A DNA stretch of 62,021 bases, filler included, from Stramenopiles sp. TOSAG23-3 (taxonomy: Eukaryota), in NCBI GenBank assembly GCA_900128585.1. It is 2 parts of 2 records of this genome, joined end to end, with 100 filler letters (N's around TTAATTAATTAA, not from the genome) between each part and the next. Parts side by side here need not be neighbours in the genome. Positions count along the whole stretch, not along the records: positions 31,109 to 62,021 come from LT642224.1; 1 more part is not named here. One strand, 5' to 3'. This document shows positions 41,164 through 52,478 of the stretch, piece after piece. Numbering within the stretch: position 1 is the stretch's first letter; every line of letters begins with the position of its first letter. The notes under the pieces are model-generated. The model searched no databases. It saw nothing but the letters and a program-made list of their open reading frames with translations, and was not told the DNA's origin. Both the position numbers and the translations under genes were made by a program.

Positions 41164-42450
41164 ATGGGAAAGGCTCGTCTCCTTGGATGCGGAGGCTGCT
41201 GCCTCTTCATGGGTCTTGTCCTCGTCGTGTTCGCGGCAGGGGCTGGCGAGTGGTTTGTAAAGACTGCAGCAAGGGCCATGCTGAAAAAGGTCTTAATGCC
41301 CGACTTTGCCACAATGAAGGACAACGCGGCTGAATGTGCGGCGTACAAGGACGCTTGGTCTTACGACAAATTTACAGACGGAAAACGAAGGTTTGACCAG
41401 AAAGACTTTAAGGACTGCATCGGCGCGTCCAAGCACTACTACCTTTACCACGTGACTAACCCAGACGCTGTTGAAACCGGAACTGCCCCCATCGTCGAGA
41501 AAAGGGGGCCTTGGGTGTTCAAAACGGAATTCAGAAACTATGCAATGTTTCACAACGAAAAGGACGATAGCGTGTCGTCCATTAGCAGCTCGTGGCAGTT
41601 GATTGACGATGAGGAAACAAAAAAACTTTGCCCGAAGTGCGCAACTGATAAACTTTGCGCATCCTGGCCCAACACTGCAACGAAAGATGAAACGCCCACG
41701 GAATGCACCAAAGGAACTATCAATCACACCTCATCCAACGCCGAGTACAACACAATCACACACGCTAACCAGGGCTACCTTGGTTTGATGAATGCCCTCG
41801 ATGTTTACAAGCCCGTCGGCGGGGTCGATGAAAAGTTCATACAACACCAGCTTGGCTCAGCCACAGCGGGTGCCCTGATGGGACCCGAGAGCGTTTGGGT
41901 AGGTCTGACTTCCACGCTTTCAAACGCAGCTTTGGTTGAGATGCAATTTGGGGCGGGGACTCTTGCATTCCAGAAATTGGCCACCACTTTGACAAATGGG
42001 CTCAGCAACTTTGAAACGAAATTTAGAGCGAAAGATGCAGCGGCATTGTTCTTCCAGATGAAAACTGTTATTGGGGTTCCAGATGGAACCACCAGTGGAA
42101 TCGGAGCCAATGCGTTTAAAAAGTTGTTCCCCAACCCCTATGCTGGTGAAGACGGCAAAATCCTTGGGAGGTGGGACGTGTCATTAACATCAATCGTAGG
42201 GTTTGGCTTTTGGATATCTGAAATGGGTGCTGGCCGCCGAGGACTGTCCCCTATGCAGTCCCCCGCAGACAGCCGTATCGCTTCGCCAAATTATGTCTCA
42301 GGAACAGAGCGAATCCAGGGGGAGGGCGAGGAGAAGAAGGCGTGGAACCCCGAAAGTACGCCCACCGTCTCCCGGGATAGAAGGGTGGGATCCTCCCGCT
42401 CAAGATTTGTCCGACCTTCGGGCGGCATCTTTGAGGGCCATGTCCACTGA
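41164..42450 (+). CDS. CD36/scavenger receptor class B-like protein (N-terminal part; truncated or frameshifted near 42200)
   Basis: N-terminal TM, then YYLYHVTNPDAVETGTAPIVEKRGPWVF (CD36 signature). The 3' part overlaps the next ORF in another frame. Confidence 0.7.
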   Translation: MGKARLLGCGGCCLFMGLVLVVFAAGAGEWFVKTAARAMLKKVLMPDFATMKDNAAECAAYKDAWSYDKFTDGKRRFDQKDFKDCIGASKHYYLYHVTNPDAVETGTAPIVEKRGPWVFKTEFRNYAMFHNEKDDSVSSISSSWQLIDDEETKKLCPKCATDKLCASWPNTATKDETPTECTKGTINHTSSNAEYNTITHANQGYLGLMNALDVYKPVGGVDEKFIQHQLGSATAGALMGPESVWVGLTSTLSNAALVEMQFGAGTLAFQKLATTLTNGLSNFETKFRAKDAAALFFQMKTVIGVPDGTTSGIGANAFKKLFPNPYAGEDGKILGRWDVSLTSIVGFGFWISEMGAGRRGLSPMQSPADSRIASPNYVSGTERIQGEGEEKKAWNPESTPTVSRDRRVGSSRSRFVRPSGGIFEGHVH

Positions 42451-44092
42451 TTCATCCCCGCCGGCCTCATCGAAGTCACCAAAATCAGAAACCAGGCCTT
42501 CGCGCCGAAAAGGATCACGGGCTTCCACGCCCAAAAAAGACGGTTCGATCCGGGCGGGAACACCGAAACTTAGAAATCGGCCCAGACAACACCAGAAGCA
42601 CCGAGCGGGAAAATTTAAATTGAGCGTGGAGGAAGAGAAAACAGCCCTGGTGCCCAGTATTACAAACGAAGGGGACAGTGACTTGTCCGAATCGGTCGAC
42701 AGGGCAGCGCCGGCGCTGTCGGATCGGCCCAAGGCTCCGTCGACAGAACCGCCTGCAAACACAGGCCTTCCTGGAGGCAGCGGAACGTTTGACGATCCCG
42801 TGACAGCTGGGTTTGAACCCCCATCCCCCGCTGCTGTGGCTTCGGTGACGCCATTTCCCGAGGACCTCCCGTCTCAGAGGCTGTCGGAAGTTAAATGTCC
42901 GAATCGAGACGTGCAAGAGATCGGGCGACTGCTGTCCCTCGGCGCCCGCCTGTGCCGGGCAATCCCATTCGTCGTGCAGGAGAGAAAATCTATACAGAAC
43001 AAAGGGTTCGTTCAGAAGGTAAAAGATATGTGGACAATGCTGAAAAGCGGAATTTCTGGGTTGTCTCCGGAAGATCAAACTAGCGTGTTTCAAAAAATGC
43101 AAGTAACGACCGCAGAGGTAATCAGCGAGTTGGGAAAAGTAGACCAGCGGCTCTCCGCGGACTTCTTACAGCCTTGGGTTCGTGGCAACGAACTCCTGTA
43201 CGACGAGGACGAGATGAAGGAAAGGGCAGAGTTGCTGTCGAACAACAGGACAATATCCCAACTGTTCCAAGAAATATGGGGTCGGGTGACCGCTGGTGTC
43301 GACGGGAGTGGGCACTTGACGGAAAATGGCTACGGTGCGGTGTTTTCCAGGATAAGCGGTGTGCTACAGAAGGAGTTTTCCTTCTCTGAAACTGTCCCTG
43401 AAATAAAGAAAGAGTACGAGATTCGCGCCCGAAGGTGCGGAGGACATGTCGATATTTTCGCCTTCCGTGACTCCATATTCGAGCTCGTAAACATCTGGTG
43501 CCAAGAAACGTCGCAGCGCGCCTTTCAACAGTTTTTTTCTTTCATCCTGGACGTTACCCCCGAAGGTGGCATAGCCACGGCAATAGCCCTGTACGACTCT
43601 GCCGCCGGGGGCAACAAGCAGGCACTTTACCAGTACGAGAAAGTTTCAAAAAAATTGACCAAGAAGCTTGCCTATTTGTCACCGGCGGCGTCGCCTGTGG
43701 CGCAGACCGACCAAAAGAAGCTGGCCAATACTACGGGAAAGAGGCAGTTTGGCAAAGACCGGAGGCGCCAACGCCAGCGGAACAATTTTGGTGCAATGTC
43801 TCTGCCTTCCATGCAAGAAACAGACGAGGAACCCTACGGGAATGGGATTGGTCCGTCATCCCCGCTGTCGAACAATTCTGCCAGCAACGCAAGCTTTGGT
43901 CGCAGGGCCCCCGCATCCCCCCAACAACAAAAGACCCGACTGAAGCTGGATTCAGACTTTCTGAACAATTTGAGCGAATCTTCGTCCGATTCGGATTCTG
44001 ATTCAAGCGATGGCGAAGAGGGCCAATTTGTTGGAGACTCAATGAAATATTCCAACGTTTCAGGATCGTGCATGTGGTGGAGGGAAAAATAA
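42293..44092 (+). CDS. Hypothetical protein with degenerate EF-hand-like domain and disordered termini
   Basis: Frame open from 42200, first ATG 42293. GVDGSGHLTENGY and GGHVDIFAFRDSIFELVNIW are EF-hand-like. Confidence 0.65.
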   Translation: MSQEQSESRGRARRRRRGTPKVRPPSPGIEGWDPPAQDLSDLRAASLRAMSTDSSPPASSKSPKSETRPSRRKGSRASTPKKDGSIRAGTPKLRNRPRQHQKHRAGKFKLSVEEEKTALVPSITNEGDSDLSESVDRAAPALSDRPKAPSTEPPANTGLPGGSGTFDDPVTAGFEPPSPAAVASVTPFPEDLPSQRLSEVKCPNRDVQEIGRLLSLGARLCRAIPFVVQERKSIQNKGFVQKVKDMWTMLKSGISGLSPEDQTSVFQKMQVTTAEVISELGKVDQRLSADFLQPWVRGNELLYDEDEMKERAELLSNNRTISQLFQEIWGRVTAGVDGSGHLTENGYGAVFSRISGVLQKEFSFSETVPEIKKEYEIRARRCGGHVDIFAFRDSIFELVNIWCQETSQRAFQQFFSFILDVTPEGGIATAIALYDSAAGGNKQALYQYEKVSKKLTKKLAYLSPAASPVAQTDQKKLANTTGKRQFGKDRRRQRQRNNFGAMSLPSMQETDEEPYGNGIGPSSPLSNNSASNASFGRRAPASPQQQKTRLKLDSDFLNNLSESSSDSDSDSSDGEEGQFVGDSMKYSNVSGSCMWWREK

Positions 44093-44958
44093 ATCGGCTG
44101 AGGACAAGCTGTTTTGTTATTTTTCATTTTTTCGTTTGTTATTTAATATTATTATTATATAAAAACCTGCTGATGTATTTGCAATGCTATGTCTATATAT
44201 AAAATTAATACAACACAGACCTCGTCATCGCCTTGTTATTTACCTGTTATTTCATCACTTTTTAAAAATTTCTCTCTCTGGTAGAAAGCCATTTTTTTTT
44301 ACGAAATTCTCTTTAGTATGCCGCTGGTAAATTTTCTTGCACTTCGGCTTGGCGCGAATAAAAATCCGACACGATTTTCAAAGTATGTTAGCATTTTGAT
44401 AGAAAACGACAATTGGAAGCAAGGAGGGCTTCTATCTGCATAAGTTTAGATCAGGCTATCGTTCCACTTACGATGTTTGGCTTCCAACGAACATTTATTA
44501 ATTGTTTGCCCTAAATTGACTTGGAATTGCGGTTCCTAGGGACAATTTTCTTGGAAATGAACGATTTGGACAAAACGCCACCTGAACAAACACGTATTAA
44601 TTTGTATGTTTTAGAAAAATGAAACAGACGCCCCTAATTTTATGCATCTAAAAACACTTTTGAGGCTTTGAAATTCAAAAAAATATTCTTTTTTCATGAA
44701 GATCTCTTTGTTTCAAATAGTTAAGACAAAGTCGGTTGCACTTTTTCAATTCCGCGCCAAAGATACTCGTCAATCGCAAAAAAAAAGTATAAAGTAATTA
44801 TCATGCTGTGTTTATATTAAAAAATAACAGCTACACAGCACAGTGCTGACCTCCTCCATTTTCGATATTTTTATTTTATTTATTTAGACGACTACGCGTA
44901 GTTATTTCTTGGTAAAATGTTTTTGGTGCGTGCGGTCAAGGACTGTGCCTACAAAAAA

Positions 44959-46509
44959 CTATTGCTGAGCAAGCCTGGCCTGTGAGGCATCGATGATCTT
45001 GTCCCACTCTGAGTTCAGGTAAAAGTATATCGTAAACAGGGTGATCACTAAGTACCCAATGATTATTCCAATCCACAGACCAATGAGCCCGTACCCCAAC
45101 GTGAATGCAAAAATGTACGCCATGGGGATCGATACGAACCAAGCGCCAACAAGGAATGAAATGGACAATTCCGTCGCCCGAGCCTGCCCCTCGAGTGCAG
45201 CCATCGACACAAAGAACGCGCACAGAAGAATGTAACTTGGACCAATTAGCCAGCACTCTTCGCTAGTCAGGTGCCATATCGTCGGAGCAGAGGAGAATAT
45301 TTTTCCGATTTCGTTGCGAAATAAAATGAAACCGGCGCAGCACCCAGTGCCGAAAATGAAGCTCAAATAGAAAGCGTACTTGATGGTCTCGATCGCCCTG
45401 TCCTTGTCCTTCGCCCCTACGTAGTTTCCAACTTTAACCGTTGTTGCGGACATAATTCCATAATTAACGGATGTTAGCAGCAGAAACACACTTATTATTC
45501 CACTAAACGCCGAAAGAGGGGCTTCTCCAAGAGCGCCCGCCATAAAAAGAATGATCTGGATTTGCCATTCTTCCACAGTCCCGCCAATCGAGAGGGGAAC
45601 CGCTTGGGAAAGGTACTGGCACAGCGCGCTGGATTTTTTCGGCCCCGTCCCCTCGTCCAGCGCTCCCGCCTCCCCGCTTCGTCCAAAAACCCACCGAGCG
45701 CATCGCTCCCCAGTGAAAACTCGAGCAAATCGAAAAGGTCTTGTCCTGAAAAAGTAAATTGAAACTAAGAGCAAAGCAATACAGGGCGAACCCACCGTCG
45801 CGAGCGCGCTGCCACGAAACCCGTAGCCGCCCACATTTCCAATGCCGTAGATCAACAAGTAGTTAAGAAAAATGTTCGCGAACATCGTAAAAAAGTCAAT
45901 GCACAACAGCGGGAGCACTATATTTTGGGCAGAAAAGTAAGCAGAGACACATGCGTAAAGCGCTCGTGGGGGCAAAGCAGGGATCAATCGTCGCGAGTAA
46001 ACTTCAATTATGTTTCCACACAGTTCGTTGCACCCCCCGCTCTCTGGCAGAAGGGCCTGTATGACGCTCCTGGAAAAATAGTAGCACGTCCCGATGGGGA
46101 TACATGCAGCGAGAGTAGTTGCAGCCCCAACGCGCAGCCACGTGTCCACGCCTCGCTCGTCGTTTGCACCAAACGCTTGAGAGCACAGGACTGAGATCGC
46201 ATTTGCTGTTCCGTAGAAAATAATAATATTGGTCGCGGCGAACCAGCTGAAAGTCAACGCCGACGCTGCCAAGAAATCTGTCGAGTCGGCTTGAGGGAAT
46301 TCGGAAGACGCTTGCAGGTGCCCCAAAAACGCAGTCGCAACCATGCCAAGACTCGACCTGCAAAATGACGAGAGGGAACCAGGAATTACCAGTTTAATCC
46401 AAGAACGAAAGGGAGTGTCATGATCCTGCACCAACCCCGCCGTCAGGTCCTCTCCTGTGCCTTCGTTCAATAACAAAAGGCTGTCGTCTTTGTCGAGAGC
46501 ACCGTACAT
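44959..46509 (-). CDS. MATE family efflux transporter
   Basis: AFLGHL, LCSQAFGA, NIFLNYLLIY, GYGFRGSALAT, VKVGNYVGA, LEGQAR, GLIGLWIG. Multiple TMs. Confidence 0.95.
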   Translation of the reverse strand: MYGALDKDDSLLLLNEGTGEDLTAGLVQDHDTPFRSWIKLVIPGSLSSFCRSSLGMVATAFLGHLQASSEFPQADSTDFLAASALTFSWFAATNIIIFYGTANAISVLCSQAFGANDERGVDTWLRVGAATTLAACIPIGTCYYFSRSVIQALLPESGGCNELCGNIIEVYSRRLIPALPPRALYACVSAYFSAQNIVLPLLCIDFFTMFANIFLNYLLIYGIGNVGGYGFRGSALATVGSPCIALLLVSIYFFRTRPFRFARVFTGERCARWVFGRSGEAGALDEGTGPKKSSALCQYLSQAVPLSIGGTVEEWQIQIILFMAGALGEAPLSAFSGIISVFLLLTSVNYGIMSATTVKVGNYVGAKDKDRAIETIKYAFYLSFIFGTGCCAGFILFRNEIGKIFSSAPTIWHLTSEECWLIGPSYILLCAFFVSMAALEGQARATELSISFLVGAWFVSIPMAYIFAFTLGYGLIGLWIGIIIGYLVITLFTIYFYLNSEWDKIIDASQARLAQQ

Positions 46510-46789
46510 TGTACTATTTCAACAAGGTTTACCTTTCCATTTCTTCCAGCCTTCCAAACCCTGTCGAATAAAAAACAAACAAGAAGGAGATGGAGCAAGT
46601 TGTGTTCAACAGTGTTTTAACAATTATGTATATTTAGATCCCCAAAAGGAAGAAAAGAATTTAAATAATAAATACTACTGTCATGAGTCAACCATCTGTT
46701 CTCTGGAGGAATAATAATACAACACGGTGATTTATAAAAAATACCGGCAGGTATCTAAATTATATTTATTAGAAGAAGAAAAAAAAAGA

Positions 46790-46791
<2 letters not shown>

Positions 46792-46822
<31 letters not shown>

Positions 46823-46879
46823 CTTCTTCTTCTTCTTCTCTCTTCTTCTTCTTCTTCTTCTTCTTCTTCTTTTCTTCTT
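46792..46879. repeat. TTC tract in divergent spacer
   Basis: Seen directly. Confidence 0.93.
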
Positions 46880-47443
46880 GAATAAATAGTACTTTAAGTT
46901 ATTGGCCAGCAGAGCTGGGCAAGAGCAGCAGTATTATTATATTTAATAAATAATAGTTATAAAAATAATGATTTGAAAAACAAAAAAATAAAGGACGGAA
47001 GAAGCGGAAGCACAGAACATTGTCACTTCTCTCGCGAAGAAAATATACTCGTAGTCTTTTTTTATTAGAATATTATTTAAATAATAATAAGCTCTACTAT
47101 TTTTATATATACTCGTACATAGTCTAGTGTATTATGAGGAATCCTCGTACAGTATAACGAAGTTGGTGATATATAAAAAGTGTACGAGGACACAGTATTG
47201 GAAAAAAAAGGTTTTTTCTTCTTCTTCTTCTTTTAAATTTTTTATTTATTATTATTTGTTTATTTTTTATTTATTATTTGTTTTTTATTAATTGGTTATT
47301 GCTTATTATTATTAATTGATTGATTAACCTTGATACCAATGATCTTGGACGAACGACAAAAAACAAAATAGAAAACAATAATTGTTTGAAGAAAAGAAAG
47401 AAGTTAGATACTTTTATAAGAGAAGCAGAACGGCAGCCTCCCA

Positions 47444-48533
47444 TTGAAGGAACCGTTGGTGAAAATTCTGGAGGTTTTGGAGTCCACACTGTATCTGATG
47501 CGCTTTGCTTTGGGGGCCGGATTTCTTCTGGTGACGGTCCCGTTCGTTTTTCTCTTGTCTCAGAATTTGCGGACTAATTACAAAATCGTGGAGATGTTGT
47601 ATAAAGAGCATTTCAGAATGGAACAAAACCCCCACCCTAGTTCTGACCGGTCTTGCGGCAATCTTTAGTATTTGCTCTCGCTCTATCTCTGGCCTTTCGT
47701 ATTTCGAAAACAGCGAAGAGGCCAATGTTTGCCTGTACAAACTCTTGAATTCGTACGGGCTTGGCGCCGAAGGTGGTGGAGCAAGTAATGCTCTTAGTAG
47801 TAAGGGAGAAAGCACGGCCATCTCTGGAGTGGAGGGCGAAGACGATATTTTGAGCTGGATCCTGGCCATCCTGGCGTTGTACAAAGGAAAGAAGCTTCGA
47901 GAAGCTCAACTATCCCTGCTGACGAAAACAGTGTTGGAAGTGCTCTCCACTCGATTGGACAATCCGGATCTCGTGGCCGCGGGATTGACAGCAATTTCGA
48001 ATTTGACACATTCCTTTGCGGGCGTAAGAAAAATTGCAGTGGACCACGGGCTCGTCCAGATCTCCACGAGCGCCCTGTTTAAACACCAAGGGGCCGTCCG
48101 TATCACTCTGCCTGCGGCCACGGCACTAAACGGTAGACGAACGATAGCATTGATGGTGGAACAGTTGAAACTGTCCGATAAGTTGCTGCAGCAGGCAGTG
48201 TTGAATTTTATAAGCACCGTGGGGGAAACAAGTGGGAGCGTTCGAACTATCCTTAAACAGGTTGGCGCGAAAGCGCTGGTAGATCCCTTGCTCTCTGAAG
48301 TTTCCAAAAACGACGATGCGGCCAGGGGAAGGATAAAACGCGCATTGGCTGTGCTAAAGAAGGAGGAAACACTCGCACAGCCTCTCGAATTGAACGTCAT
48401 GAGCGACAAAGACGAGGTGGCAGAAAGCACGAAAGCCAGGGAAGAAGCTGAGTACGAATGGTACAGGGAGGAGTTTACGGGACGAAGGATGCTTGTTGGG
48501 ATGAATGCGAGAAAGAAAGGGCTAGGGGTGTGA
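47444..48533 (+). pseudogene. ARM/HEAT-repeat-like gene with an apparent +1 frameshift at a C5 run (47629-47633); 5' end unclear
   Basis: The frame ending at 48533 is open from at least 47634 but has no early ATG. Joining the frames gives EQNPTLVLTGLAAIFSI, matching the later repeat LDNPDLVAAGLTAISNL. Confidence 0.55.
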
Positions 48534-48669
48534 ACACTGCCGTTACGCTCACTTTAGTTGACATTTCGCGCAGCTCGCAGTTGACGCCCCCGTCTCTATA
48601 TAATCGTTTATCACACAATGTGACGTAATAATACTATTATGATATTTATTTCCGTTCTTTTGCTTCACT

Positions 48670-49422
48670 TCAATGCAGGGCATCTTCCTTTTGATCGTCG
48701 ACCTTTTCTCCCTCCACGGGATCAGCACATTCAATAGATATTTTCCACCCAAAGTTACATGCTATTGCGTGACACACGGGAGACAAACCAAGGCGATCAA
48801 GGGTCATCCTAGAGCCATTTTCAATCAGCAATTTTGCAATTTTTTCGTGCCCGTTCCTGCAAGCTTTGTGGAGCGCCGTCTCCATTTCCGTGGGATCGGT
48901 GCAATTAATGTCGGCGTTGGCCCCGATAAGATATTTACATGTAGCGTAGTGCCCGGCGTTCGATGCAAGGAGCAATGGCGTCCATTTATCGCTCGTAAGC
49001 GCGTTGACGTCGGCTCCAAATTCTAGTAATTGAGAGACAAGTTTGGCATGCCCCTTTGAAGCACTTAAATGCAAAGGCGTCCAATTGCAGTCTTCTGTCT
49101 TTGCGTTGACATCTGCCCCATCGTCAATTAGTAATTTACATATTCTCTGCGACCCAGCATCTGCTGCAAAATGTAATGCCGTCCATTTTCCGGAGTCTAC
49201 TGCGTTGACATCGATCCCTCGGCCCAACAACAATCGGACCATTTTCACATCCCCCAGATCACTTGCCGTATGCAAAAAGGTTCTTCCTAAACGCGAGACT
49301 TCCAGCACATCCTTTTGTGGAAGGTCGTTTAAGAGTTGCTTGACATACACGGGGTTCCCCGAAGCAATTGCATGCCCAAGCGTCGACGTTCCATGTTGTG
49401 TATTATACGTCGATTTAAACAT
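48670..49422 (-). CDS. Ankyrin repeat protein (about 6 repeats)
   Basis: TFLHTAS, TALHFAA, TPLHLSA, TPLLLAS, TALHKAC with GADVN linkers. Confidence 0.96.
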   Translation of the reverse strand: MFKSTYNTQHGTSTLGHAIASGNPVYVKQLLNDLPQKDVLEVSRLGRTFLHTASDLGDVKMVRLLLGRGIDVNAVDSGKWTALHFAADAGSQRICKLLIDDGADVNAKTEDCNWTPLHLSASKGHAKLVSQLLEFGADVNALTSDKWTPLLLASNAGHYATCKYLIGANADINCTDPTEMETALHKACRNGHEKIAKLLIENGSRMTLDRLGLSPVCHAIACNFGWKISIECADPVEGEKVDDQKEDALH

Positions 49423-49787
49423 TTCTTTCCCGTTCCTGTCTATTTTTTCTCATTGAAAAATGGAAACCTGCTTTAAAAACAACTACTCCATTTGTTTTTG
49501 CTTCTTTATATAAATGGGGAATCCATTTCATTTGAAATGTTTTCGTTATAAATTCATACAGTTTTTGTTTCAAATAGTCATCAGTCATATTTTATTTACG
49601 TCGTATTAATAATAGGATAAAAGATTACATACAGCTAATAACAACAATGTCACAGCATTGAATAAATAATAATATTCTGAATAATTTAAAAATATTTTTT
49701 GATTACTAGTACAGGTACCGTACTACGGTACCGGTACCTGTAACAACTCCTCGTACAACAAGCTGATCAAATTACCAGGTATACGAT

Positions 49788-50522
49788 CTACTGTTGTTTC
49801 ACAGAAGCAGTGGCGGATTTTTTAGCAATCATTTCTGGAGCAAACTCCCCACGTTTTTCATAGGAAGTGTAAACACTTAAAAGTTTCGGTGGAGGCCTTG
49901 CACGCTTTGGCAATGGCCCATCGAACTTCTCTGGTTTTAGCAAAACACGAAGGCCCAACCTATTGTAGTATACGCTAGTGATGGTCCCCCCACACTTTTC
50001 TATTGAATCGATGGCACTTTGCGATGCCCGGGTCACCTCAATGTCGACCTTCTGGTCAAAAGTGTCAGAGCCGTTTCCTAGCAGTTTCACGCCGTGATTG
50101 ATCTTTCCAACCATTCCACTATCGTATATGTGCTTCATCGTAATGGTTTTCGAAGCGTCCAGTCTCCCGTTCTCAATGTACTTTTGCAGTTTTCCCATGT
50201 TCAAGGGTTCCAAAGGCATCGCAAACTTGTTCTTGAAACCACGTTTCGGTAGCCTTCGGTAGAGTGGGGTTTGGCCACCCTCGAAGCCTATCCGTATCCC
50301 ACCGTTGTTTCTTGCTTTCTGGCCTTTGTGCCCCCGCCCGGCTGTCTTGCCTAGACCAGACCCAGGCCCTCGCCCTTTTCGTTTCTTTTGCTTACGAGCA
50401 CCCCGATGATCTTGGATACTGTTCAACGTTGTTACCGAAAACGACCGTTGTGCAAATCTCGTCGCAGAGCCTGTTCCTACACCCCCCGCGACACCGCGAG
50501 CGAATACGTTCCGAAGCAACAT
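49788..50522 (-). CDS. MRPL15: Mitochondrial ribosomal protein uL15m
   Basis: Arg-rich presequence. [48 protein letters not shown]. Confidence 0.96.
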   Translation of the reverse strand: MLLRNVFARGVAGGVGTGSATRFAQRSFSVTTLNSIQDHRGARKQKKRKGRGPGSGLGKTAGRGHKGQKARNNGGIRIGFEGGQTPLYRRLPKRGFKNKFAMPLEPLNMGKLQKYIENGRLDASKTITMKHIYDSGMVGKINHGVKLLGNGSDTFDQKVDIEVTRASQSAIDSIEKCGGTITSVYYNRLGLRVLLKPEKFDGPLPKRARPPPKLLSVYTSYEKRGEFAPEMIAKKSATASVKQQ

Positions 50523-51039
50523 GGTAATTCTCCTGAAACAGTTCCCTTTCGCAAACAGTTAAAATGTAAGTCTTACAAACAAAAAATTATCTAGCACAGA
50601 AAGGAAGAAAACATTAATTAAACAATGTGCGTGACTTCATACATCTGCTCGATCGCAGTTTATAACTCTATTAATCTTTCTTTCTATAGACGACTACAAT
50701 ATATCATAAGTTAGTCATGTAATTCATTCTCCATTCCTCCGTCGTCGTCGACCTGTCCTCTCTCCTCCATCAATCGATCGATCGATCGATCATTTTCTTT
50801 CGGCCCGTCTGATCTGATTCGATAATAATTTAAATAGGTAATTATATTATAAAACATTACAAATTAATTTACTATAATTATAATCAATAGTAATTTCATG
50901 CTGAATGAAGCGAAGCACAACAGCACAACAACAACAACAAAGGAAAAAATGCTTCGAAGCCCAAAGCCCTGCCCTTTTCTATACCTTTGTTAATAATAAT
51001 AGGAACCTACCGTAGACTAGTCATTAATATAATATAGAA

Positions 51040-51210
51040 GGAAGAGAGAAAAAAAAAAAGAAAAAAAAAAAAAAGAAGAGAAAGAAAAGAAGAATAAAAA
51101 GAAGAATAAAAAGAAGAAGAATAAAAAGAAGAAGAAGAATAAAAAGAAGAAGAAGAATAAAAAAAAGAAGAATAAAAAGAAGAAAAAAGAAGAAAGAAGA
51201 AAAAAAAGAA
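51040..51210. repeat. A/GAA tract in divergent spacer
   Basis: Seen directly. Confidence 0.9.
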
Positions 51211-51462
51211 ATTGATGAGGAGGACAATATATTAATACACACAGCAGGAGGATGAGGAGGAGGCCAAATAAATATCACTATTAATCTTCAGAAATTTAGA
51301 AGACAAGAATTATAGAATAGATTGTTACATTTTGAAAGAAGGGAATTAATAATTTGATAGAGAGAAAGATAGCGAAGAATCACGTTCTTTGTTTTGTTTC
51401 GTCATATAGGGCATAGAATAGTAGCACTTGGAAAAGGAAGGGGGAAAAATACACGAAAGAAA

Positions 51463-51957
51463 ATGGGTTTTGAAGATTTGTTAGTCCGTGCAGACCCTTA
51501 TCGGAGACCCGACAAAGAGGTCATGCCTCCATACCCAGGGGCTATATTTTATTTTCACTGGTTGATGAATGGAGTAGAAGCAGGTGCAGTAGTTGGTTTC
51601 CTCGCTTCACTTCCTACAAAGAATGGCACCAAGATGCAGAACTGGTCGAGGTATAGTAGGAACGGCTGCATGCTAGGGGGTGGACTGGCAACTTTGGGGT
51701 TTTTGGGAATGCTTGCCACCGACGATTCTTATAACGAGGAAAAAATTAAGAACGAGGCAGATGAAATGTTTTTGAACCAAGATATTCGTAGAAAAGATAT
51801 CATGGTGTCTGTCTTAGGATCGTTTGGAGCAGCCGCAGGTTATTCTGGCAGGAAAATGGATGCGGGGAAAGGCGGTGCCGTAGGGATTTTCGGAGGCTGC
51901 GTACTCTTCGGGGCTCAGAAGTTCCTGACGAAGTTTTTGCCGAAGAAAGGAGAATAA
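51463..51957 (+). CDS. Small Gly-rich membrane protein (glycine-zipper-type TMs), function unknown
   Basis: 164-aa ATG-initiated ORF with 3-4 GxxxG-rich hydrophobic segments. Confidence 0.75.
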   Translation: MGFEDLLVRADPYRRPDKEVMPPYPGAIFYFHWLMNGVEAGAVVGFLASLPTKNGTKMQNWSRYSRNGCMLGGGLATLGFLGMLATDDSYNEEKIKNEADEMFLNQDIRRKDIMVSVLGSFGAAAGYSGRKMDAGKGGAVGIFGGCVLFGAQKFLTKFLPKKGE

Positions 51958-52478
51958 GGGGGAGGACACACCTCCTGCGGTTGTCACATGCCGTGGCAGG
52001 GGGAGGGGATTAGGGAGCACAGGGGGGAGAGATGGATTTTTCTTCTGGTTTCCCAATTTGATCAGTCTTGCCTTTCCATGTTTACTTTGTAATACCAAGT
52101 TACCGGTAGCTGCTAAAATAAAGATCACAAACGAATTGAATTAGACTATTCTCTATTATGTTTTTATATTTTTTATCTTCTTCTCTTCTTCTTCTTTCTT
52201 CTTCTTCTTCTTCTTCTTCTTCTTTCTTCTTCTTCTTCTTCTTCTCACTTCTTAATTTTAAATAAACATAAAAACAAGAAAATTGGCTGTTATTTAAGTA
52301 GACTAATAATTAAATTTAGCTTCCAAATAAACATACTAGTACTACTATAAAAATAATAATTTTATTATTATACGACTACAAAGATTTTAGTTTTCCTTAA
52401 TTTTGTTTCTGGGGATCACAGATTCGTAATCATCATATATCATTTATTTTATTATAGTGAAGGATTTTAATATGTTTT

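Noticed and set aside
44280-44780. Higher-complexity stretch in the convergent spacer that might be a gene relic
   Set aside because: The plus-strand frames I translated are interrupted by stops, no ORF of 60 aa or more is present, and no motif is recognisable. It is unsupported without a BLASTX search.
42197-47640. A shared programmed +1 frameshifting system (Euplotes-like) explaining the broken genes
   Set aside because: The sites share no motif (T-run vs C-run, no AAA-TAR), the zinc-gene shift is -1, and all conserved housekeeping genes are intact. Indels or decay are simpler explanations.
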